Assembly: GCA_039621445.1 (NCBI GenBank)
Contig: CP154954.1
Span: 29,826,395 to 29,890,394, forward strand
DNA: 64,000 nucleotides
Source: Euglena gracilis
Taxonomy: Eukaryota
Reading direction: 5' to 3'
Below the pieces are notes generated by a model. That model did no database searches. It had not been told where the DNA came from and saw only the letters and a list, made by a program, of their open reading frames with translations. Of this stretch, positions 1 through 64,000 are shown in pieces; position 1 is the stretch's first letter; every line of letters begins with the position of its first letter. Made by a program: the position numbers and the translations under genes.

Positions 1-3000
1 TCCAACACTACCCTCCCTCACCCCTCTGTGCATCCAACCTGTGCACATCACGTCGAGGCTGGTCGGCGTATGGCATTCTTTGCTTCTTTCCCTGCGGACC
101 TTGGCCCGAAGTCCCTGTATTGCCCTCGGGGCCGTGCCCTCGAGGCCGAGTGCGAGCCCATTGCATGATTTTGTTCCACGCTGCCGGAATCCTCCCGTGG
201 ACTAAGCCCCCCCCAATAATGCCCCCCCCCCCCCAAATTATAACCCATCAAATAATACCCCCTCCCTTTGGTTGGGCTGCCCCGCTAATACCCCCCCCCC
301 CCCAGCACTGAGAAAGGGTTAAGCTGAAAAAGAGAAATAATTACAAAAAATATTGCGAAAACCACAAAATCGATGATTGATTTTTTTCAGAAAAAAAAAA
401 GAAAGAATTGCAAAAAATATTGCAAAAACCACGAAATCAATGAATGATTTTTTTTTCTTCAGAAAAACGTTTCAAGAAGGACATTGTGCAGAAGAATATT
501 TAAAGTTCCAAAACAAAGGACCGCGGGGCCTGGAGGCTTTGCTTGGCCAATTTTTGTTTTTTTAAATTTTCGCTCAAATTATATCAACCACTCCCAAATG
601 ATACCCACCCCCTCGGACCCAGATTTTGGTTGTCAAAAAAGGGGTGTTGTTATTTGGGGGGCAGGGAGTGGCTGCAGGAGCAGGCCATCTGACAGGCCAT
701 TACGTCCAGGCAAAACTCACAGAAACAAAGATTGCCACAAACCACCCCGATTTCCCTGGGGATGCCCACAAGGGCAATTCTGGTCGTTTTGTGCAACTTT
801 TTTGCCTTTTGGGCCAATTTGACCACTTCTGGCTGGAAATGTAGAACAATGCCCAAGGAAGACCTGCATGGCGCTACATCATTGAAGGTGCTTGCATGCG
901 GGTTAAATGGCCCGCAGTGCCACGCAGTGCCGGCACTGCGGGGTGGATGGCCCGAAAAAGCCAATGATGCAAAAACAAGTGGTTTAACGGCCCGCGGTGC
1001 CACGCGGTGCCCACGCAGTGCCCACGCAGCGCCACACGGTGCCGGCGCTGCAGGGTGGGTATCCCCCCCTGAGTTTTCACCCAGAATTCTTTTCCCATAA
1101 TTGTTGTTGCCACTGTTGGCCCCAGGTCCAGGGTCGGCCGAAGTCCGCAGCCTGCGAGAGGCAGGACGGGCCTTACACAGGGCGGTGGGCCACACCCGAT
1201 CGGTCCAGAGCCGGTCGGCCACACAGCGGTGGAGGACTCCCGCCGCCAGGCACGGGGGGCCAACAGGAGGGTCCCCCGCGGCCCCATCGGGGTGCGGTAG
1301 GGTGGCCCCCCCCCCCCGGAGCCGAGACTCACTGCGCTCATGGCCTCTCCTGCGCTGCCCTCCCCCCGATCCCTGCCGCGCTGCTCGACACTTCACTCCC
1401 CCGTCTGTATTCACCCCTTTCCCCACTTTTTCTTGTCAGCCGCCAACATCTGATGAAACGGGGTTGTGTGCAGTGGGAAGTCTGTGTCCCACGCAAATGG
1501 ATTAGGACAGCGAGTTAATGAAATCCGACCCCTTTGGGATTGGGTCAGGAAAGGATTCCTGACTCCTTTTAACCTCGATCCAAAACCCTTTCCTTGCCCA
1601 TTTTCCTGTATATTTTCATTGAGTGTGCTGGGACAGCTGAGTTTTTTTTTATTATTTGCTTAAGGACCGCCCTGCTTGCACCTGGCACGACATGGGATGT
1701 ACTGCAAGGAAGTTTACCAAAGGGCCGGTTAGTAGGTGCATTTTCCAGGTGATGTTTCTCGTTTGGGTTTTAATAGGCCAGAACCCGTTCTTTTTTAACA
1801 GGGTTCTCCTCAGCCTTAGAGGGAGCTTGTCATCGGAATTGTTGGCAGGGGGTTACACAAATACAGTTTTTGTGTATTTCTTGATTTTGGCAAAATTTTG
1901 TTCTTGAGTTTGTTTTGCGTATTTTTTTGTGTTTTTTTTCGGTGAAATTTCATCATTTTTATTTCTGGGAAATTTCATCATTTTTTTTAAAAAAAACTCC
2001 ATGTTTTGGCCCAATTTTTTTCCCTTCAAGACCAATTTTTTTTGTAATTTTTCTGATCTTTTTGGCCAACAAATTGCATTCCTTTAGAACCAGCATCTTA
2101 GGCAGCGCATCTCGCACTTAAGCTTTCTTTGGTCGATTTGTGCATTTTCGCACTCCGACAAACATTTGATTTTGGCACCGGCGTCACAAGGGGTTACAAG
2201 AGCGAGAAGTGGCACGATTGGACAAACACCATGACATTGCATACACCATGACGACGTGCACATTTGCGTACACCAACCACAATAGCAAAATTTTTAGACA
2301 GATCACATTAATACACAACCTCAAACACCATCTGCAATGGCTCCTTCGGGTGCACAACTTCAGCTGCCGCGAGCTCTTCTCCACCATGATTTTTAGGGCC
2401 TATTCTTGACGACTGACAGGTCTAAATCCATGTGGAGACCGTAGACCTCTAGCAGGTCACGGCAGCCCACCGTTAGCACGTCGCAGCTGATGTGCAACGG
2501 TGCCGCTTGGGAAAGGGGTGGACCTCGAAAACCCCCGCCCCTTGCCCCCTGGCTTGTGTTTTGCTGCAACGGTCACATCAGGTGACGACGGGTGGTGGCG
2601 TTTCGGCATCCACAAGGCTGTCATCAATCCCCCAATGCAGCAGCAGCCACCGAGGTGGCCATGTTATCCCCCACAACTGGGACAGCATACTGGGGGGTGC
2701 CGACATGTTGCAGGTCCATGGAAACAATGGAAAATGGCAGCATCAGCAAAGCTTGCTGTTTTGGTGGGAGAGAATAATTTATGTTTACAGATGCTTGGGA
2801 TGCGTGAAAGTTCTGGGATGTATATTGTGAAAAAAACTGGTGTGTTTCATGTTTTCTGAGGGGAAAAAAACGAGACATTTGTCGTCGTAAAAACGTAAAA
2901 ACGATTCCCAGCCGAGAAAACAGGAATATTACACATGCGTAATTTTGAAATTCTGGAAGTCCTTATTTTTTTAAAAGAGAATCCAACATCCAAATTCCAA

Positions 3001-3947
3001 ATTCCAAAAATCACGCAGGGTTTACACGTCATCAATTCCTCCCACGTAACTTGTTGGAGATAAGACATACAAATTTGTACACAGAGCAAAGACAAACTTT
3101 CTCATGTCATAGGCGTGTTCTACTGCATATCTCGCATTACCTAAAGTCGGAGTTTCTTCGCTGCACAACAGTTTCAAAAGTTTTTGTGCCCACATTGCGC
3201 AAGTGCGTTCCATAATGCGGAGGTAAAAAACAAAAGTACATTTACAAGCCACTGTTCTTTGTCGCACATTGCAAACGGTACCCATCCAAATTCCTTGCCC
3301 CTTATGTTTCATGTGGTAATAGGAAAAATGTGGAGTGTATTTCCCAAACTTTGGGTGGTTGATGTGCGCAATTGCGCACATCAACCATTCACACATTTGC
3401 GCACACCAACCATGTGTGTATTTTGTGTAAGCAGTTGATGTGTGCAAATGCGCACATCAACCACTTCTTCACACGTAGATGGTTGGTGCGCGCAATTTCG
3501 CACACATGAACCATCCACAAATGCACAAGTGTTCAATGTGCGCCAATGCGCACACCAACCACGTACACAAAATACACACGTGGTTGGTGTGCACAAATGC
3601 GCACATCAACCCTCACTTCGTAAATTTTGTGTCATGTGAATTTTCGACATGCGGACAAATGTTTTGTTCTGTCGACAGCGGCACAGTTGTGGAAAGGCTT
3701 TTGTGCCTAATTTAAATGCGCATCACATTGTCCAAATGGTGGAAAGTCGGTCCCCGTCGAACAGGAATGCATCACCGGGCAATTACAGGCGGCACAGATG
3801 CAGCAAAACCAAGAGTCGTGACAGCCAGGGTGGACAACCCACCTGTGTGACAGAAAAGGACATGAATCTGTCGCTCCAGACATGTCACACAACTCGTTGG
3901 AATAACTGGTTCGAAACCTTCGTTTTTCCTGACGTGTACATACATAT

Positions 3948-4441
3948 ATATGACAGGTGTACCTTGCTCCCCCGGGGGTATCGACGTGGACACTTGCTTG
4001 GCCACAGTATACCTGGTATACTGTATACCAGTATACCAGTATACCTGGGGTTAGTGAGGGCGTAGGGTTAGGGTGGGACCGTTCGGATTCCGCGCGTGCG
4101 CGCGACGTGCATCCCGCTTGTGCGGGCGGCCTCACTGCCGGCCCAACTGCCCACACCGCAGTCCCAGCACCGGCCTTTTGGAGTGACTCCAAAGGTCGGG
4201 AGGGCTAAATCCCTTTGGTGGCCGACCGTTTGGCGGCCTTTATCTTTCTTTCCCTCTGCCTCTCTGCCGCCTTGCCGGGAATTGCTCGGCCTGGGTTGGG
4301 CGGGATGCTCATCGCGTGCGGGCGAAATCCGACCGGACCGGTCCTAACCCTAACCCTATGCTCTCACTAACCCCAGGTATACCGAGTGGCCACTTCGATA
4401 CCCCCCGGGGGGGAGGGTATCCAAAGGTACACCTGCCATAT
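3948..4441. mobile_element. Foldback/MITE-like element with long imperfect TIRs containing TTAGGG-like units
   Basis: Termini ATATGACAGGTGTACCTT ... AAGGTACACCTGCCATAT. Inner arms ATACCTGGGGTTAGTGAG/CTCACTAACCCCAGGTAT and GCATCCCGC/GCGGGATGC. Confidence 0.7.
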
Positions 4442-4731
4442 TTATTTTCTGGCGCAAGGTGTGCATCTTGGTTTTTGTAAAAGGTCAATTTGCGCAATTG
4501 CGCAAATCAAAAAAGAAAAAGCAGCTTAAGTGCGAGGTGCGCCGCCAAAGAACATGTTCAACATGTAATAGGAGTATTTTTTAAATTTAATGAAGTTTGT
4601 GAAATTTGCCTTTTTTTCTATCATTTTTCATTTTTTTTCTGTTTTGATTTATTTCATTTTTTTTGGGTCAGAAAATGATCTAATGATTCTCCAAACCATG
4701 CACCACATCTTTTTGCACGTGTGGTGTTATA

Positions 4732-5424
4732 CTGTCATAGGAAAAAATAACATCCGGAAAAAATAACATCTAAGCCGCTTTTAGATGTTATTTAGTCAGA
4801 TGTTATTTTTTCTTCATTTGCTCCAGAAATCAGTCGAAAATAGATAAGATGTATAAAGTGGATAGGATGTGGGATGAAGAACACGAACGACTGTGACAAT
4901 CATTACCAAAGGACGAGGCTGTTCATCAAGCTTGCATTCAATCCTTGCCTCTTTGAAGTAAAGAATGTACCGTTTCATGGGTTATGCTCTGGATACTGTC
5001 ATACCAGATGCTATTTGTTTGTGTTGGGATCACCCAGTTATTGCAATATATGCCCGACCCCCCCCCCCCTCCTGGACCGGGGGGGGTCCGACCCTCCCAC
5101 CTGCCTTAAGCCCACACTGGTCAAGTGTGGGGTGTGGGGGGCATTTATGGCCAGCTCCCCCCCCAGGACCCTGTCTTGTGGGGTCCTGGGGGGGAAACTG
5201 GCAATGACTCGTGGGGGGTGTAGGTAAATGTCTGGTGTGCGCTCCAGTTTTTTTGCAATGCCTTGCACTCCCTCCACCTAAACAATGGCGCAGTCCGGGC
5301 GACTGAAGCGCTGGAACTAGATAACCTTTAAGTGCCTTTTGACAAGCCTCTCTGGATGTTATTTATTCAGATGTTATTTTTTCCAGATGTTATTTTTTCC
5401 GGATGTTATTTTTTCCTATGACAG
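4732..5424. mobile_element. MITE with ~40-bp TIRs and TA target duplication (Tc1/mariner-like)
   Basis: TA|CTGTCATAGGAAAAAATAACATCCGGAAAAAATAACATCT ... AGATGTTATTTTTTCCGGATGTTATTTTTTCCTATGACAG|TA. Confidence 0.8.
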
Positions 5425-8099
5425 TATGATGAAAAGGTTTCCCTTGACAAGGTGAAAATTTTTCAAAGTCCTCCCCAGCACCAGCAGAAAATTGTACACC
5501 CCGGGGTGTCTTGAGGAGTTTATATAAAACCTCTGTCCAATAAAATGTAGTGATAAACCCAACCACACCCTTTCCCGAGCAAAGATAGCAAATGAGAAGT
5601 CGTAGAAGTCATTTGCAATCGTTTAATTTTTTTTCTTCATTTAAATTTTGTGCCTTTTAATCTGCCTGTGAACCAAAAGGGGGGAGGGGACGCAACACGG
5701 ACCTTGGCAAACACGAGGCAAAGAAACACAAACACTCAATTGACAATCGCAATGAATTGCAAGGCGTGTCTCACGAGTGCATTGCACACCAAGGCAAGTG
5801 CGTGCACGTCTCACGATGGGGCACGCTGCCCTCCACCATGACACGTGTCCGCACTTCCTCACACGCACCCTCACGTCGTCCACCCACACGGCACCAAACT
5901 TGAAGCCAAGTCAGCCTTTTTTTTTATGGCCGCCGCGGCAGGGCCCCACCAGCCACCCCGCCCCTCCCTGTGGGTTCGGCCCAGCCCCAGCCCACGGGGC
6001 CCGTTCCGTGCTGCACATGCTGTGGGAGGGGACCCCTCCCCGCGTGTCGCCGGTCAACCCCCCTCCACCCGCTTTACCTCTTTTCCACCACTTCCTGCTC
6101 TTAGCTACCTTTTCCGCACAGGACAACTCTGCTGTGCCAACCGCCCCATTGCCACTGCGGAGGGCCTGACTGTCCCATTCTGGACATGAGATCAGCGGGT
6201 CTTTTCAACACAAACGTGCCCGGCTGATGCATCCTCCTGGGCCGAACTGCCAAATCCAGGACCCTTCAGAAATTTGAATGGGACTCCTGGAAACCTGCGG
6301 CAGCGCTTTGCAGTGGGGTTGCGCCCAGGGATTCTTTAAATGTTGGATCCTTTCCTGGGTCCTGGGGGGCAGGGTTCAATATAAGGAGGGCGTAAGGATG
6401 TCCCCCCCTCCTGGACCGGAGGGGGGTCCGATTCACCCCCCTCCTGCCCTCATATCGAAGCCTGGAGGGGGGGGGGTCCGCTGGACCCCCTCCCTCAGGA
6501 GGGTCAAGTGGGTGGGGGCTTTTCCCTCCATTTTTGGCGCGAAGCCCCAACCTCCCCCCCCTGTCACCACAAATGCCCCCATGGTTTCTGTCGTTGCCCC
6601 CGAGGTCGAGGTGCCCCGCCCCCCTCCCCCTGTGTAGCCACCTGCCCGTTGGCTACGTTTGTGCAGCACATCCTCTCCAGGCCGCCTGCCCTGTTGCCTG
6701 TTCCCTTCAGGCTGAACCTTAACATTTGATACTGCAATTTACCGTGAAATTTGATAAATGAACCCCACCAATCTCGATGTGTTTTGCATATGTGCGTGCA
6801 AAACCGCATGTACGGTGGGACTGGAAGACACATTGCACCAGGCCCCCTTGGCACCTATCCAGGAGACAGGGTTGCTTGGGTTCCTGAGTTCTTCCTGCGC
6901 CTCTTTGTCTGGGGATGGGAAATTTCCAGTGCAATCCACAAAATCAAGTTCTGGATTGTGGGCTGGTCTGAGTTCTCAGACGTGTGCAGGCTGAACGTTG
7001 AAGGCGAGGCAGACCCACCTCTGACATGCCAGAACTGCCTGAACATTTGGCGAAGGCACTCCGGTGCCACAGGCGCCAGAAGCCAAGAAAAGCTGTTTCA
7101 GTTTTTTTTTTTGGTTTTTGGCCATTTTTTTTTGGCCCATCACCAAGTAGGCGCCACAGGGGGTCCACACCAAAGAGTACTGCTGAAAATTTTGAAAAAG
7201 TGCTATTTTTAGCATTTTGGCCATTTTCGGGGAAAAGTGGGTTGGTCCCCTGGGACCCCTCCCCCGGGGGGGGGGCACCCCAAGGGGTGGGTGGGTGGGT
7301 GGGTGCCCCCTCCCCCCCGGTCTTAAAAAAGCCCCTGAACATACGGCATACATCCGGATTCATCAAGGCTGGTACACCGCAACACCCCCAAACAACAAAC
7401 CAGCCGTTTTTCTTATCAATCACCGAAATTTATAATGATCTAGTTCGGATTTTGAGTATATTGTGGTCAGAGATTTTTTTTTATGCTAGTGACTTGGGAG
7501 AGAGGGGTGGTGGGTGGGTGGGGTCCCCCCAAGGGTGTGTGGGGGTTGGGCCAGATGCGTACCTCTCGGGTTTCTCTATTTTCGGCGCGAAAAGAATTTG
7601 GACCCCAACAGAGATTTATTTTAAAGTTTCGTGACCCGAGGGGGGAGAGGGGGGTTGGGGTGGGTCCCAGCCGAGCCCCCCCCCCCCTGGGGTCAGGCTG
7701 AGTGGGTACCCTGCCAGAGGCAGGGGTTTCCTCTAAATTTAATAATTAATTAATTTTTGGACGCCAAAATTGACCCCCAAAAGCAGGTCCCCCCGAGCCC
7801 CCCCCCCCCGGGTCCATTGGGGACGAGATGCATTTATTTTATTTGGGCGGCCAAGGCTGCTGGCTGGCCCCCATGGGGCTCCCAGGGCCGGAACTTGTTT
7901 TTTTTTGATCCGAGCTGGGGTCGCACAAAAAAAAATCGAAACCGCTAATTGGCCAAGAAACTGCCAACTATGAAGGCTTCTTCTTTGACCAAAATTTTGG
8001 CTTTCCTTTTGCCCGTCAATGGCACGCATTTCGCACCTCTGAAAGCCAAAAATCCATTACTGTCCGATTCTCCAGCCACTGAGATGGACCCCCGGGGGG

Positions 8100-8187
8100 C
8101 AGGGCAGAACGGGAATCGGCCAAACAGCCAGGGTGGTGGGTGGGGGGGGGTCGACCCCCCCCCACCAGGCTTTCCCGTTCTGCCCTG
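8100..8187. mobile_element. 88-bp hAT-like MITE (CAGGGCAGAACGGGAA TIR); a larger relative lies at ~52515-53538
   Basis: CAGGGCAGAACGGGAA ... TTCCCGTTCTGCCCTG, flanked by CCGGGGGG and CTGGGGGG (8 bp, 1 mismatch). The same left end recurs at 52515 and a similar right end at ~53523-53538. Confidence 0.7.
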
Positions 8188-9363
8188 CTGGGGGGGTCTC
8201 TAAGCAACGCCCTGATCCCGGGGGGGGGGGGTGGATGCCACAGCAGCCTGGCCCCCCACGCCCTCCCCAGCGCCGCCAATCCTTTCCCCCCTGGGCTCAG
8301 GCAGGGCAGGCGCGGGTCAATGACCTTCTAGCCGGACCCAATGCCCCCCCCTTCTGCCGGGGGCCCCGGCCCACTGGCGGTGCAGGGAGGGGCTGGCTGC
8401 GCCAGATGGGCTCTGTTGGGGGATCCAGAGTTTTTTTTTAGCCTTGGACCCCCGGGGGGGGGTGTGGTGGGTGGGTCCGGCCGAGCCCCCTGGGGGTCGG
8501 CATATACTTTTGGGATAATTTTTGAAAAGGTGCTATTTTTAGCATTTTTCGCATTTTTTGGCCCTTTCGGGGAAAAGTGGGTTGGGACCCCGGGACCCCC
8601 CCCCCCCCCCGGGGGGGGGCCTCCCCCGGGGGGGGGGGGGGGGGTAGGGGGGGCCCCCCCCCCCCCGGGCTTAAAAAAATCCCTGGGGGGGGGACCTCCT
8701 CCCCGTGGCACGGTTCCTCAGAGGGTGCGGTGGCCCAGGAAGGGATGGCAGTCGACGTTTGGCCGCACGTCAGAGCAATTTCGAGCGTGTCTGGCAGTGG
8801 TTTCATGGGGTGCTGGGGGGGGGTTGGGGTTGACCCGTTGGGGGTTGACCGCCTCTCTCTGCCAGAGCCTCAGGCCCTCCTGCGCCACAGCCTGCGCGCC
8901 TGCGGTCTGGCTTGACCCCGAGTCTCGGTGCTCGCTGTGGTGTGATCCGCTGGCCAGCCTTGCCACTGGCTGCTCTTTGCGACTGGCACGTCTGGGACTG
9001 GCCTGCTGCCTGCTGTTGTTGGTCAGATTTCTCCAATCGCCTCCCTTCCCTCCATGGTTCTCATCGCCACCCCCTTGTCTCTCGCTGGTTTGCAGATGCA
9101 TCCGGTGGTTTTCTGCTTTAGTTTCTTTGTCTTTGTATCAAGAATCGGTGTAAACCAAAGAAAGAGATTTTGGACATTTATTATAAGAAGTCGGACACAA
9201 ACTCGCTGGGGAAAAATATTGGAAGGCTGAAATTTCATCCAGATTTTCTGGCAAACAAGTCTCCCTAGGGTTCTGCAATCCGGAGATGGAGAAAAAGGGG
9301 ACAATGACTAACCCCTAAATTCTTTTCCAACTGTCAACACAGTTGAGAGGTGTTCAGGTTCAA

Positions 9364-10096
9364 CAGGGGGGGGGGAATGCGTTTCGCATTTTTTCGCATT
9401 TTTGCACATTTTTTGCGCATTTTCCGGATTTTGGGGAAATGCGCATGTTTGCGCATTTTTTTCGCATTTTTTGCGCATTTTTTTCGATTTTTTTTCGCGC
9501 ATTTTTTGCGTCTTAAGAATTTACGACTTTTTTTATACGTTGCAGTTTCATTTTGGTTTTTATTTTATTTTGATTGTATATTATCAAATTGCTCCTTGAC
9601 CAACGTTGCATTGACACTGAGTTATGTTGTTTGATTTGTGCTCTATTCTGCCCCTTTTTGAAAGAATTTTTTTGCGCATTTTTTGTGCTTTTTTCCCATT
9701 TCCCCACCTTTTTTTACACTTTTTGGAGGCATTTTGTCCATATTCAAGAAAAAACCTTTGGGTGATGAGGTGTGGGTACTCATCCAATGATGATGAGGAC
9801 ACTAGGGTTTTCAGAGACCCCGCATCAAATCCTTCTCCCCTGGTCACAAGTACGGGGCACGAGGGCTGACATTGTTGGTTATGGTGAACAGAGAGTGACG
9901 CCTTGCTCATGCATTTTTTTTTTGACCAAAAATGCCTTCATTTCAGCTGTTTTTGGTGATTTTGGTTTAATTTTGGGCTCATTGTTGGAAATTTTTCTAA
10001 GTCCTTTTTCCCTTAGGAATGTTCAAACTCGGCGCATTTTTTTGCGCATTTTTGCGCATTTTTTCCGAGGGCCGCCCAGCGCATTTCCCCCCCCTG
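9364..10096. mobile_element. MITE with CAGGGGGG..AATGCG TIRs and GGTTCAA target duplication
   Basis: GGTTCAA|CAGGGGGGGGGGAATGCG ... CGCATTTCCCCCCCCTG|GGTTCAA. The interior is rich in GCGCATTTTT subterminal repeats. Confidence 0.75.
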
Positions 10097-12351
10097 GGTT
10101 CAAGGGAAAAGAATCACAGCTTCTCCTTCAGAAACCAGTGCGTGTTTTGAGATGGATACCCTAATACATACATGAAGCTCCTCAATGAGCCCCGATCCAC
10201 GAGGCGTAATACACAGTTTCTGGAAGAAAGGGCTCAGAGACAGGGCTTTTGAAAATCACAATGCAACGGATCCCACCTCGCAATCACAGAAATCGATGAA
10301 ATTGAACCCGTACACAAGAAACTGGGAAAATGTCCAGAGGAGATGCTGAAGTAGTCCTTGAGCACAATGGGGGCTGGTAACCATCCAGAATTTCATGTCA
10401 ACAAATCACCTGAAATTCAAATGGGTTAACAGTTACAGCCAAAATTTTCCCGGTGTCCGGAAGAAGCGTTTCCCCATCGGTTCAGCCCATGTTCAGCCCG
10501 GAAAGCTTCGCACTGAACTGCAGGGCGCCGGCGACGTATTTTTGGATGAGTGTGCTTTTGTGCCTGACCGCCGCTGACACTTGGCACAATGCTCCGCTGC
10601 TGATCCACTTGGCAGCTTTTGCCCATTTCTTGGTGTGTCTCAAACTGCAAATACCAGAAACGCCACAATAAGCGGCAGCTGTGGCGTTTTGACTCGTCGC
10701 TGTAGAATTCAACCATAGTTACCCCCCCCCCCCCATGTTATTGACCCTCCCGATTATTAACCCCCCGGGCTGTTCGGCCCAACTTGACCCCTCCAAAGTT
10801 GACCACCTCCTCTGCTGGGCCATCCTGACCCCCCAGGAATTTTTTCTGGGTTCAAAAATGCATTATCATGAGGAATGCTTTCCCCACAAAAAATGTCTTC
10901 TTCATCTGACAAAGTGGTTGGGACATGTCGAAAACACACAATTCTCGAGGCGATGTCCAATGATGATAGAGTGTCTCGAGAATTCATCCAGTTACGTGGC
11001 AAGTGATCCCAAGCATGGGATTTGACCCCCCCCCGGGCTGTTGGGTCCGCTTGGCTTGGGTAAATAACACAGGGAGGGTTTAGCATCGAGAGCTGAAACA
11101 CGCACAAATTGAGCCCTTTTTCCTTCCGGCGAATTCTTTTCAAAAATATTTTATTTTTGACTGCACAATTACATTTCACCTTCAAACAGGTTTGCCAACC
11201 TGACATAAGATGAAATGAAAAAATGTCACCCAAATTTTTGAAAATTATTGTTTATTTTCATTTTTTAAAAAAAATTTAAGCTGGTGCTCCAGGCACTCGG
11301 CCATGCACCCTACCAAAGGTGCTAGAAGCTCAGAAAATGGCCAATTCGCTCTGTTTTTTTTTTTTTTTGCCACAGGCAGGTACAACCGGGGGGAGGGGGG
11401 GTTGGTCCCTGCTTGGGCAGGCACCCCAGGGCAGTCCGAGGCCCCCCAGGGTTGGTCAACTCTCCCTGTTCCGCAGCAAATATGGGCTGTCAGGGTGGAG
11501 TTACACACAACGAGACCGTGCCCTGTTTCATTGAAGTAGTGTGCCCAATGGCCCCGACGCCATTCTACCACACTCCCCGCCGTCACTCCAACGGGAGATC
11601 AGTTTCATTTCCGGTCATTGTTCATGTCGAACTGCGACACCGAGCGACCCCCCCTCCCTGTCAAAACCAGGCTCAATTTTACACCTTGGCTGATCTGGAA
11701 GGTCATGCCGGATGGATTCAGCTTGCCAGGAAAGTAGCTTGAGGTCCTGGCCCTTTTCAAGAAAAAGCCAGCAGCTGCTGAATCGTTCGCTGTTTGGAAA
11801 ACCTGCACCGTTCAACAATGCGTCTGCTGTGCTGCACTGCCGAAGCACTGCGGTGGGCCGCCGTGGTTCGGCCCCGCCAGGCACCTTGGCCCGTGCCCCT
11901 CCCCAGGTTCGATATAAACAGGGTGTACGGGGTTTAGGTGGGGGGGCTGCCCCCCTCCTGGACCAGAGGGGGCCCGTAACGACCCCGGGGGGTGCAGGGA
12001 CCCCCCAAACGTCAAAAATTTCCTTTTAGTACTTCGTGCCGAATTTTTTTTGCATTTTGACAAATTTTAGCCCAAAAAGTTCCCAAAATGGCATTTTTTG
12101 GCCGTTTGGGGGTCAAAAATTTCGGCCCGGTGCAAAATTTTCAGACTGCCATTGTTTAGGTGGTGGGGGGGTGTTCCCCACCCCCCTTCTGGACCGGAGG
12201 GCGATCCCCTGCCCTTTCTCGAACCCGTCGGATTGCTTCTCCCCATCGGCCGCGGGTTGTCGCGGTGAACTCCTCCGTGCAGCATGTGCAGCCACGGCAT
12301 CGTTCTCCGCCTGCGACCTTTCCGCCGCGTTGCTTGCAGCGTCGCCCCGGC

Positions 12352-57870
<45,519 letters not shown>

Positions 57871-58638
57871 TCGGGACCCCTTATTGCCCACGCCCCGTCT
57901 TCACAGCGCTTCACTCGTGCACACGGGTTGTGGGCCCGCCACCGCCGCCGCCGCTTCCTCTCCCTCGCAGCGGTGCCCATGGGGGGGGGGCTGGTTGGCA
58001 GACATTTGGTCCGCCCGGCTGCCGTTTGACGGCACTGCATCGCCCCCCCCCCTCCGTCGCTGGTTTTCAGCCTTGCTGGCCAGCCCCCCCCACACACACA
58101 CACACGACACGTGCACATGGCTCTGGGCCCCTCCCAGTGAGACACCTCCAAAGAACTTCCGAGGTCCTGCCCCCGCTACTGCACAGAGCACCCGTCTTTG
58201 AGAGGGACCCCCTTGGCTTGAAGATTCTGCCAACGAGTAGAAATGCTCAATGGGGTGGGAACCCCGCCTCTTCTTTCCACTGCACCACGGGGGTGCCCTC
58301 CGCCAGAATGGAGGTATGAGCAGGCTTGGTTTGTTCAAGGGAAATGGAGCAGCATTGCTGGGGCTGCACGACAGGCAAGCCTTCATTGAAGTCCTGTTTT
58401 GCCACATTGCTCTGCATTTGGAGCTTGGGATTCTCTTAAGCACCCAATTTCTCTTGGAGTTCCAGGACCAGTTTTGATTTCTGCTTTTGTTGTCATGAGG
58501 TCTTATGCAAGAACATAGCGTTAGAGATTGTGTGCCCACTGACCAGGATGTGACCCTAATAATGCCAAATTCTCGAATGCGAGTGCAGTGACAGACTGCG
58601 AGACACCTACGTGCAACCCTGCCCAGAAAGCTTCGATC

Positions 58639-63708
<5,070 letters not shown>

Positions 63709-64000
63709 GCCCATGTGACCGCTGTCGCTCCCAACTGCCCCCCTACCACCGCATGATTTGTGCCCCACTGCCCAATGGTGTTTGTGGCAAACATGCGAAC
63801 CCGCGTCAATACAAACCGACGCCATGGAGTTTTAGCATATATTTCCAAACCATGTCTAAATTCAATACAATGCAGAATGTTTTAATTCAATACAATGGAA
63901 CGAGGGAAGTGAAATTTAAAGCATTTTAACGTTTTCGGCAACAGGACACAAAGCCTCCCCAAAGTTTCTTTTGAAGGCAAAGCATGAAATTCCGAAATGG

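Noticed and set aside
664-1730. Exon-like plus-strand segments (e.g. NNAQGRPAWRYIIE-GPGSAEVRSLREAG)
   Set aside because: Some AG/GT boundaries fit, but there is no recognisable protein and the codon bias is unlike the two clear genes, so it cannot be supported.
10395-10577. ORF containing VFLDECAF, resembling a terminase/ATPase Walker B motif
   Set aside because: It is a 60-aa ORF that stops five codons later, with no Walker A or flanking exons found. Probably chance.

Overview
This is eukaryotic genomic DNA, most likely from a euglenid. The inference rests on short GC-rich exons and a mix of GT-AG introns with euglenid-type nonconventional introns. Two plus-strand genes can be rebuilt by hand with continuous reading phase. 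The first has about 38 exons (12352-57870, ~1336 aa) and joins a Pro-rich N-terminus and a DDX1-like SPRY domain to a DEAH/RHA (DExH) RNA helicase. The second has 9 exons (58639-63708, ~312 aa) and encodes a short-chain dehydrogenase of the KCR/HSD17B12 type. The most striking feature lies in helicase intron 16: a 15.4-kb head-to-tail array of a ~661-bp non-coding unit (25671-41124). Every unit carries a complete type III hammerhead ribozyme fold on the sense strand (24 copies), and the array is inserted in a (GA)n microsatellite. It looks like a retrozyme or circular-RNA-derived concatemer. The introns also hold hAT elements with 8-bp TSDs, several MITE families and microsatellites. The first 12 kb is repeat-rich and no gene there could be assigned with confidence. 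All exon and structure calls were made by eye and need transcript or computational confirmation.
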